Assembly: GCA_013265495.1 (NCBI GenBank) | Contig: MU057597.1 | Location: 740,567-760,566, forward strand | Reading direction: 5' to 3' | DNA length: 20,000 nucleotides | DNA from: Vicugna vicugna | Taxonomy: Eukaryota | In this document: positions 10,574-20,000 of the stretch, piece by piece | Numbering within the stretch: position 1 is the stretch's first letter | Layout of the letters: the number at the start of each line of letters is the position of its first letter | The notes under the pieces: generated by a model | Told to the model about the DNA's origin: nothing | Seen by the model: only the letters and a program-made list of their open reading frames with translations | The model's database searches: none | Program-made: the position numbers and the translations under genes

Positions 10574-13500
10574 ATGTGGTGTCAGAATGTTAGCCAATTT
10601 TGTCAGAAGCTGGCTCGCAGGCGGCCCCTGGAGCCCAGGGAGGGGTCTGAGAGTCGCCTGGCTCGTTGTCTGAATGCCCTGGACCTGGTGGCCTTGGGTG
10701 TGGGCAACACCCTGGGGGCTGGCGTGTACATCCTGGCTGGAGAGGTGGCCAAGGACAAAGCTGGACCAGCAGTCATCATCTGCTTCTTGGTGGCCGCCCT
10801 GTCTTCTGTGTTGTCTGGGCTCTGCTTTGCAGAGTTTGGGGCCCGCGTACCATGTTCCCGCTCTGCATACCTCTACAGCTATGTCACAGTGGGAGAACTG
10901 TGTGCCTTCATCACTGGCTGGAACCTCATACTGTCCTATGTCATTGGTGAGATGATGGGGTGGGGAAATGTGCTCAGAGGGAGTGTTGGAGGCTTGAGCC
11001 ATTCCTGAGCCCTTTGTTATCCACTTTGTGGGAGAAGTGAGGAACAGTGGCAGGGAAACCCCCAACTTCATTCTCCTCAGCTCCCCTCTGCTTTCCCTAA
11101 GCGATGTGACCAAGGGTCCAGAAGGAAGGGGAACGCAGGAAGTGGGTGAGAGGGAGACACGTCCACAGGCTCATCGCTCACCGTGTCGAAGGCTTTGCTC
11201 AGCTCTTGCCTTCATGGGGTTTTCCCTTACACCTCGATTTAAAATTTCAGCCCTCCTGGTTCCACTTCCATGTTTTCTCTTTTGCACAACACTGATCTCC
11301 TCCTAACGTATTAAATAGTGGACCGATTCTGTGAATATCTGGGTCTTCTTTCCCAACCCCATGAATGAAAGTCTCTGATATTATTTTGTCTGTTTTTCCC
11401 TCAAAATACATCGCATGGCACATAGTAGGGGTTCAATTAATGTTTGTTAATGAATCTTCCATCTTCTTCTGCAGCCATCGCCAGCGTGGCCAGGGCCTGG
11501 AGCTCCGCCTTTGACAGCCTGATTGGGAACCACGTCTCTCAGGGGTTACAGGGCACTTTCTCCCTGTATATGCCCTACTTCCTGGCCAAGTACCCAGACT
11601 TTTTCGCACTGGGCCTGGTGTTGCTGATGACGGGTGAGACGGGGTCATAGATGGAACGGAAAGTGTGGGGTGTGGAGAGGGAGCCGGGGTGGGGAAGGCT
11701 TGGAGAGGCAGAATGGTAGGGAATTAGGACAGGGAAGAAGGGTCTGTGGTATGAGAGACAGCAAGGCAACACAGACTGTGGTTCCCGCTCTTGGCACCAC
11801 TGACCTTCTGGGCTGGATCATTGTTTGGTGTGGGGGGATGTCCTGTGCATTTTAGTTTAAAAATATCATTATCAGATGTTGAGTACCATCCCTGGTCCTT
11901 ACTCCCCAGACGTCAGTGACACCCACCACACAGAATGTGGCAGCCACGATGTCTCCAGGCCTTGCCAAACTACGGGTGAAGAAAAAAATCACCCACTTCT
12001 TAGACTGACAAGTTTCTTCCTCTGTGCTGAGACCAGAGATTATTCTCAATTGAGATGAAATCACACAACAGAAACTCAACTAGTTTATTAATTTCTCCAG
12101 CTTTATTGAGATATAATTGACATATAATTATGTACAATTTCAGGTGTGCAAATTCATGGTTTGACTGATGTGTTTATTGTGAGGTGATTGCCACAGTAAG
12201 AAACTGATCATCGTACTGTGCAATCAATGGCACTTAGCACACTCACAATGCTGTGCAACCCTCACCTCCAGCTAGTTCTAAACATTTCTCCACCCCAAAA
12301 GGAAAACCCACACCCACTGGGCAGTCACTGTCCGCGGTTTCCACTTCTGCCACCGCCCTGCCCCTGACCACCACTAGTCTCTATGCATTTAGTTATTTTG
12401 GAAGTTTCATGTCCCATCTTTCCCGCAGGAGTGCTGGTTCTGGGAGCTCGAGAGTCGGTCCTGGTTACCAAAGTGTTCACAGGCCTGAACCTTTTGGTTC
12501 TCGGCTTCATCATCCTCTCTGGCTTCATTAAGGGAGACCTGCACAACTGGCAGCTCACGGAACAGGACTATAACTTGACAACATCTGGGCCCAACGACAC
12601 CTATAGGTTAGGAGGGTGCTCCTGGCCAGGGCAATGCGTGGTGAGGGCGTGGTTACTGTGCAGAACTGGAGACATGGTGGGGACTAAACAGATCCGGGCT
12701 GGTGGGTCCAGATGATGGGGCTCCTGGAGCTCAGGAGTCATGGTGTCAGCTGAGGAGTCCGGCAGAGATCACCGAACACACCTCACCCACGTTCTTCTCT
12801 TTCCTCCCCTGACCACAGCTTGGACCCTCTGGGTTCTGGAGGGTTTGTGCCTTTTGGCTTTGATGGGATTCTCCGAGGAGCAGCTACCTGTTTCTACGGG
12901 TTTATTGGTTTTGATGTCATCGCCACTGCAGGTAACACGGTCACTGTCCCCTCAGGGGTTTGGCTATAGATTGGGCTGCTCTTGTGCATAAGAGTTTCTA
13001 GGAGGTTGCTCTGCTTTTGGAGGCTCAAGAGGGAAGGGGATTGTGTGCTTTCCCCTCAAGGTGTTTCCTGACCCAGTGCTTCTCCCCACCCATCCTGCAG
13101 GGGAGGAAGCCCGGAATCCGCAGCGCTCCATCCCCTTGGGCATCCTGACCTCGCTCTTCATCTGCTTTTTGGCGTATTTTGGCGTCTCAGCGTCACTCAC
13201 CCTCATGGTGCCGTACTACCACATTGACCCTGAGAGCCCCTTGCCACAGGCTCTTCTCCACGTTGGGTGGGCTCCTGCCGGCCATGTGGTGGCTGTTGGC
13301 ACCCTCTGTGCGCTGACATCTAGGTCAGTGTCAAAGCTTTCTCCCCATCTGCTGTCAGGTGCCCAGGTGTCCCAGCCTTTTGGATTGAGAGACAAGAGGG
13401 AAGACTCCTCACACCATGTAGACTATGGCACAGAAGCCCTGATCTGTCCTATTTCTCCACGTCCTCACACATGCTTCCACTTTGTCTCCCAGCCTCCTGG

Positions 13501-15224
13501 GTAACATGTTTGGCATGACTCGAGTGACTTACGCGATGGCAGATGACGGGCTCCTTTTCCGGAGACTTGCCCGGATCCACACCCGCACACATACCCCCAT
13601 CGTGGCCACTTTGGCTTCTGGAAACCTTGCAGGTGACTAAACAAAACCCACTCCTTTGATCACTTCCCTTAACTTGGACATTTCAGTGGTTTCTGACCCC
13701 CTCCCGCACCTCATCTGTGCCTCCTTCTAGCGATCATGGCGTTACTCTTCGAGTTCAGTGATCTTGTGGACNNNNNNNNNNNNNNNNNNNNNNNNNNNNN
13801 NNNNNNNNNNNNNNNNNNNNNNNNNNNNNNNNNNNNNNNNNNNNNNNNNNNNNNNNNNNNNNNNNNNNNNNNNNNNNNNNNNNNNNNNNNNNNNNNNNNN
13901 NNNNNNNNNNNNNNNNNNNNNNNNNNNTGCTGCCTTCGTCCCGCTGTGCGTACGGCAGGACCGAGGTGGGTTAGACTGTGTGTATTGGGTGAGCAGGGGC
14001 TGCTGTTAATATTGCCTTAACACCTCTAATTCAGGTACCAGCCAGACCAGCATTTACAGACGAACGAGAGCACAGAGGACAAAACTGAGGTTTCTGAACC
14101 TGAAGCAGGTCCTTTGGATTCTGCACCTGAAGCACGAGACTCAGAGACTCTCAGGACCCTGTGTGACCCTATGAACAGCACCCCCACTCTGACATCTGGC
14201 CGGATTGTCTATGGATGCACCTTACTGATGGGTGAGCAGTGGGTTGGCTGTTTGTTGGCATCTGAATTTGGGAGGATGGAGTGGGACTGTGTATTTTGGC
14301 AATTAGGGAGACTTAGAAATATGATGGCCTTTCTTGATGAGGGCAGTTTGCGGAGGGGTGTGACTCAAGGACTTGACACACTAGCCTCTGGACTTGACCC
14401 TGTTCTCCTCCAACTGGACCCTGCAGTTCTCCTGCTGACGGCCCTGAGCCTGGTGCTGGCCCAGTGGCCCCACCGTGTGTTCTCTGGAGACCCCGTCTGC
14501 ACAACGGTGGCTGTGCTGCTGCTGGTGCTCATCGCCGGGGTCACTGTCACCATCTGGAGGCAGCCCCAGAGCCCCACTCCTCTTCCCTTCAAGGTGGGTG
14601 ACCTTAAGTACCGAAACTATCCACCTTCAGTGAAGGGAGTCTGCATGCTTTGCAATCTAAACATTTGTTGCTGGACCAGGGAAGGAGGGGAGTTGCCATA
14701 ACCAGTGGCCCTTCCCTGGTCCACTCTCAGCGCTTTACACACCCAATCTGGGGAGGCGCTGGCTGCACAGTGTGAACAGGCCTGGCATCTCCCCTCCCCC
14801 CGCGTGGGGGCGGGGCCTGCCTTCGGGAGGTCTGCTGTGCCCTCAGGGTAGCTGCCTTCGCCCGCAGGTGCCTGCTCTGCCTGTCCTCCCACTGCTGAGC
14901 ATCTTCGTGAATGTCCACTTGATGATGCAGATGACCACTCGGACCTGGGCCCAGTTTGGCATCTGGAATGCCATTGGTAAGTGACTGTCTGGGGAAGAGA
15001 GGCCTCTGGAGTGACTGGACCCAACCTTCTTCCCACTACCTCTCCCCAGAGCTGTAAGATGTCATAATAGGCGGCCTATTGGGCATGTGTAAGTGGGGAG
15101 ACTGCCTACTTTTCCTTCTCATTGTCTCGTTGCCCTACTAGGATTTGTCGTATACTTTGGATATGGGATCCGACACAGCTTGGCGGGGAACACTGATCCA
15201 CAGCCTCCAGCCGCCGACTCCTAA
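10574..15224 (+). CDS. SLC7A3-like: Cationic amino acid transporter 3-like (SLC7A3/CAT-3 paralogue), 11 coding exons, about 614 aa
   Basis: Exons with GT-AG ends and matching phases: 10574-10946, 11475-11633, 12429-12606, 12819-12931, 13101-13323, 13493-13632, 13731-(runs into N gap at 13772; about 13833 expected by homology), 14035-14231, 14427-14593, 14868-14976, 15142-15224 (TAA). The translation follows CAT-3 throughout: [109 protein letters not shown]. No stop or frameshift in the visible exons. It is divergent from SLC7A3 and tandemly arrayed, so I call it a paralogue rather than the orthologue. Confidence 0.93.
11776..12008. mobile_element. MER20 (hAT-Charlie) in the intron after coding exon 2
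   Basis: gtggttc..ggcaccactgac..gggctggat..tgtcctgtgcatt..catccctgg..atgtctccag..ttgccaaa..aaaatcaccc matches MER20 end to end. Confidence 0.8.
12045..12410 (-). mobile_element. L1MB-like 3' end with a second nested L1 3' fragment (about 12088-12200)
   Basis: aattgagatgaaatcacacaac; cagctttattgagatataattgacata; ggcacttagcacactcacaatgctgtgcaacc..caccccaaaaggaaaccc..gtctctatg. Confidence 0.75.
13772..13927. other. Assembly gap (156 N) covering the 3' part of coding exon 7 and its donor
   Basis: Run of N starting right after ...FEFSDLVD. Confidence 1.
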
Positions 15225-15532
15225 TCTCTTGACAAATCATCCCTAGTGATGAATCTTCTTAAGCACAGGAGGCGGATGCTGTGTGGAACCCTCCGTGCAC
15301 AGGAGGCACCTGCTAGGTCGTGGACACTTTGAGCCTCTGCGGAGAGTGAAGATGGGATGCATTTAGAGCCCGATAGTCACCGCCAGTAGGGGCAATGACT
15401 TTAATCTTCATAATTTTAAGTAAACTATAAAAAGCATAATATATGCACTTAAAAGTGCAGCCTTCATAAATGTCCAGCAAGATGAATTTTCAAAAAGAAA
15501 GTACAGCAATGTAACCTGTAACCAGAGGAAGA

Positions 15533-15538
15533 AATAAA
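15533..15538 (+). terminator. Candidate polyadenylation signal AATAAA (copy A: 1041-1046)
   Basis: First AATAAA I see downstream of the stop codon, about 310 nt away, inside an antisense L1 fragment. Confidence 0.35.
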
Positions 15539-16748
15539 ATATTGACCTTCACATAAGAAGCGCCTCCTTGTGCCTCTTTCCAGCAAAACAAAAAACAAAC
15601 ACAAAACAAAACAAAACCCAGAGTTTGCACGTGGGAAGAAAACACAGGTAACTATATATGGTGGGAAGAGTTACACTTTAAATATAAGAACACAAATAGG
15701 TTGGAAGTAAAAGCGAGGGAAGAGAAACTTTGTGTAAACAAAACCCGAGAAAGCTAAGGTAGCTATAGTAATAAGAGGGAGATAAGCCTTTAAGACAAAG
15801 ACAGTAAGAACAGAGAAAGTGGATCGTTTTATAATGATAAAAGAAAATGATCTTTTTTATCTCTTCCCCTAGCTTTATTAAGATAAATTGTAACATTGTA
15901 TAAATGATCATTTTTCTTTACTTTTATGTTGCAGAATCATAGTTACACAATGGAGTTGATGAGGGTAAGTTTTTTTCTTTTTCTTTTTGTATGCTTTGCC
16001 GATTACAGGGAAAATTTTTTTTTAAATTTTTATTGTAGAGGGAAAGATCTTAGTTGAAAAAAACTACCTGCATTACCAGAAGCTGAGGGAAGAGGTGAGA
16101 AGTAAGAGTTGGCTGATAAATGGTTATAGTGGGTGAAAGTAAAAGATAGACAATTAAACCGGAAAGAGAAGATAAAAAGGTGTTGCTGCAGAACAGAATG
16201 CTTGAAATGAAGATTATGGACAGTGCAGACAGTGGTAATAATGAAGTAGAGGACTGTCTGTGGGAATGAACAACTGAAGTAGAGAGAAGGAGGGATGGAG
16301 GTCAAGAAACTGAGCAGCGAATTTATTACATGAATTAAAACATAAATGGAGGAGGATTAACAGAATTAGGAAAATCCCTCTCTTGCAGTTCTAATGAAAT
16401 CACAGGCTTAAGAAATAACTAACGGAGAATAAAACTGTCAGGTGAAACTCTGATGGAAAGGGTTGATTATCATTCTAGCTTGCTGCTGTAGGACCACCAG
16501 ATTATCGCAACGTGCTGTAGTAGGCAGTGGAGAACCTTACCCATAAAACAGCCTTGGTGAAAAAATGAACCACAATGTAATCAAGCCTCTAGATCAACCA
16601 CGAGCTCACAGCAGACCCAAGGGATAGGTTCACGTTTCCACTGAAAACACAATCAGCCAGAATCAGAAGGGGGGCAAGTTTCCAGGAAAGAAAAATGGTG
16701 CACTTTCTGTAACAATGAAACACTGTGACCCATTCTGGAGAGTTAATA

Positions 16749-17061
16749 GAGGCACATCTTGGAGAAATTGATGATTTGGTTCCCGACGGCCACAATCAGG
16801 AGAATTTTGTGATAAAAGGAGTCACACAAGTATCTGGTTTCCAAGTGCATGTATAAAATTATGTTCATTCTAGACTGTAGTCTCTTCAGTGTGCAATAGC
16901 ATTCAATTTAGTAAAACAGTGCACATACCTTGTTTTAAAATAATGTATTGGTAAAAGATCCTAAGTATCATCTGACAACTCAGGGTTGCCACACCTTCAT
17001 TTTGTAAAAAAAGAAAAAAAAATGCAGTGTCTGCAAAGCCCAATACAGTGACGTATGGCTG
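16749..17061 (-). mobile_element. Tigger1-type element, copy B
   Basis: Duplicate of 2257-2569. Confidence 0.8.
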
Positions 17062-20000
17062 TACATGTGTGTGTATCTTTACATATGAAAATACATATGT
17101 ATAACTAATATGCATAAAATATGCATCTATATAAAGTATATGTATTACAATATATATTTAAGGTTCATTGTTTATTTGAAATTCACTATGTATACATGTG
17201 TGTGGTTTCTTTTACTTTTTTTATTGAGTTATAGTCATTTTACAATGTTGTGTCAAATTCCAGTGTAGAGCACAATTTTTCAGCTATACATGAACATACA
17301 TATATTCATTGTCACATTTTTGTATTTTTTTTACTAAATCTTTGACTCCTTCCTGTGTCTGTATGCTCTCTGCATTCTAATCTCCTCTTCTTATAAGGAC
17401 ATTAGCTGTTTGTGGTAGGGCCCACCCTCATGAACTCATTTAAGCGTAATTACCTCTTTAAACCAATTACCAATTAAGTCACATTCTGAGGTCCTGGGGG
17501 TTAGGGTTGCAATTTATGGATTTGAGAGCAGGGAGATACATTCAGCCCGTTAGCAGTCTTGACCACCATTTGCTTCCCAGCAGCTAAACTGTGTCTGGAA
17601 TACAGTAAATGCTCAATTCTACTCCAGGAGAGATATAATGAAAGACTCACATGTACGTGTCAAGTTTTACATGACTCGAGATGGAGAGCTTTTCATTTAC
17701 CTGAAATTATCAAAGGGAGAACACGGTATTTGTTTGGGGAAAAAATTTGTTAAACTACTTGGAATTGAAAATGAGACAAAGGAAAGAAATAGGGGAGGAA
17801 AGACAGATAAAACAAGAAAAACAGGATGAAGAGAGACAACGGGAAAGACAGAAATAGAGCGAATCAGGGACCAGAAAGAGATGACAAGCAAGCCAGTTTT
17901 GAACACTGAGGGGTGCTTTGAGATTGTTGGTAAGAATGGAGCTCTGCTGGTCCCCAGATGTCACCGTTATTTCAGATACTAGGTCACACCCCACATGGAA
18001 AGGTGAGGAGTCCTTTTCCCTCCCCAATTCTTCTTACCCAATAAGGTCTCAAGAAATAGAAGGGCCAGGCCTCAGGGACCCAGAAAACCCAACCCACTTT
18101 GAAAGTTCTAATTATTCTTAAGGGACTGATTAACTCAACATCCCTTATTTGCTGTTTTTTTGTTTGTTTTTAAAGAGGGAGGAAATAAGCTTTATTCATT
18201 TTATTTATTTTTAGAGGAGGTTCTGGGGATTGAACCACTGAGATATACCCTCACCCTTCAACTTCCCTTAAACTTTGCTCAGGGGAACTTGTTTATGGGT
18301 AAAGCTTTTGTAAAAATTTCTTTTTCTTTTCTTGCTTACTTTTCCCCATGAGTGGAAAATGAGCAGACTGGACGCAGTTCATTTTCTGTCCTTCCTCTTC
18401 CTCTTCAGCACAGCAGCACAGGTCGACCCCAACGGACTCGTGCAGCTGAGGACTATTCATTCCTCGGTGTCCCCAAGGTTTAGCCCTGCAATAATCACCA
18501 CAATGAGGGTCATTTATTAAACTTCTGCTGTAATGGGTTATGTCACTTTTTTTTTTTTACTGTCATGATCCACCTACCTTTCCTGACAAGGTCTCAATCA
18601 TCACTTGGGTGAATTTTCTCTGGCCAACAAGTGAGAGACTCTTGGTTGCCTCTGCCCTTCCCTTTTTCTTCCAGGACTTTCCATTTTAGCAAAGGCTGGA
18701 GGGAGGAACAGCACCAAGGAAAGAGAAGGTGAAGGGAAGAGCAAAAAGTGGATGAATATCTAAACAATGCAGGCAAGAATCTCACAATTTTCTTTTCAGT
18801 CTTGTGAACAAGTGGGAGGAGCTATCTACACCAAAGGATTTTAATGGCAAAGGCAGCTGGACTCCAAGAGATGCTTGTATGCCAGTGTGCAGAGCAGCAT
18901 TACTCACAGCGGTCAAAAGTGGAAGCAATTCAAATGTGCATCAAGTAATGAACAGATGAACAGAAGCTGTTGTGTAATAGTGTGTGTGTGTGTGTGTGTG
19001 TGTATAATATTAAGTCTTAAAAAGGAAGGAAATTCTGACACAGGCTACCACATGGATGAACCTGAAGGACATTATGCTCAGTGAGATAAGCCAGTCACAA
19101 AAGGGCCAACACTGTAGGATTCCGCTTATGGAAAGTACTGAGAGTGATCAGATTCACAGAGCCAGGAGGTAGGGTGGTGGCTGCTAAGAACTGGGGGGTG
19201 GGAGTTACTGTTCACTGGGTTTGGAGTGGGAGTTTTGCAAGATGAAAAGAGTTCTAGGCATGGACGGTGGTGATAGTTGCACAGTAACGTAAATGCAATT
19301 CCTGCTGCTGAACTGTGTGCCTGAAGTCGCTAAGATGGTACATTTTATGTGTATATTTTACACAATAAAAATGAAACAAAATGAAAATGAAGACTAGAGA
19401 AGGAACAAATGTTACGTACATGTATGACTGCAACATGATGCTGTACATCAGAAATCGGCACATTGTCAACTGACTGTACCTCAACTAAAAAAAATTAAAT
19501 AACTCTGAAATTTAAAAACTGAAAATTGAAAATTAAAACAAGAAGAAAAAGGCAGTTGCAGATCTGCGTGCAGAGCAGAAGACCCTAGATACTCAGATGC
19601 CCAGCTGCACTGAGAGGTAACATACAATGATGGAAAGTCCTGGTGAAACAGGGGGCTGGGGGGAGAATCAGGAATAAATGAATGTGAGCAGAATACACTC
19701 CAAGGTTTTCCTTCACAAACTGTCTCAGAGTGAGTGGTTTACACCCAACAGGTGAAACTTGCATGTCATCACAGTTCTTCTACATCTTTGGTCCGTTGCC
19801 CTGAGCTGGCAATAGTTATCAGCGCCTTGGGGACAGAATTCTGAGTCTTTACTATGACCCAGTACAGCTTCAGTCACGTGGGAAAACTCAACAAATACTG
19901 GTTAGGTGATTGAATCTATACACAAGACTTCTATAAAGGAAGCTGGGGAAGACTGCATCCTGGACTTGCTTAAAAATGATAAAATTCTGTTTCTCATTTA

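Larger units (their letters stand above)
14493..20000 (+). repeat. Tandem segmental duplication, copy B (direct repeat of 1-5510)
   Basis: Near-identical to 1-5510, including every embedded transposon fragment. Confidence 0.98.

Noticed and set aside
10559..11113. 184-aa minus-strand ORF
   Set aside because: Antisense shadow of GC-rich coding exon 1, with no recognisable protein features.
14114..14701. 195-aa ORF read as a single-exon gene
   Set aside because: It is exons 8 and 9 joined through a 195-nt intron (14232-14426) that happens to be stop-free and in frame. GT/AG sites and homology support splicing, although intron retention cannot be excluded.
1..20000. CRISPR arrays, tRNA/rRNA genes or prokaryotic-type systems
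   Set aside because: No repeat-spacer structure or intact RNA gene seen; the only tRNA-like boxes belong to a deleted SINE.

Overview
Mammalian genomic DNA, most likely camelid (a Vic-1-like SINE and camelid-type L1 3' ends, recognised from memory). The window lies inside a head-to-tail tandem array of cationic amino acid transporter 3-like (SLC7A3-like, APC superfamily) genes with a unit length of about 14.49 kb: 1-5510 recurs at 14493-20000 at about 99.8% identity. It holds the last three coding exons of one copy (1-732) and an apparently intact 11-coding-exon copy (10574-15224, about 614 aa) whose 7th coding exon runs into a 156-N assembly gap. The spacer is mostly old L1, MIR, Tigger1, MLT1, MER33 and an ERV1 remnant. 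The most notable observations are: (i) normally conserved CAT motifs are substituted (GVGS>GVGN, RSGSAY>CSRSAY, GSMFPMPR>GNMFGMTR), which suggests altered specificity or decay; (ii) a decayed duplicate of coding exon 1 sits just upstream of the real exon and still has the ancestral Ser codon; (iii) the duplication is very recent, or partly an assembly artefact; (iv) there is a candidate promoter, upstream exon and uORF, plus a perfect ATF4-type element. I see no wholly new biological system. Repeat family names and orthologue comparisons are from memory and need database confirmation.
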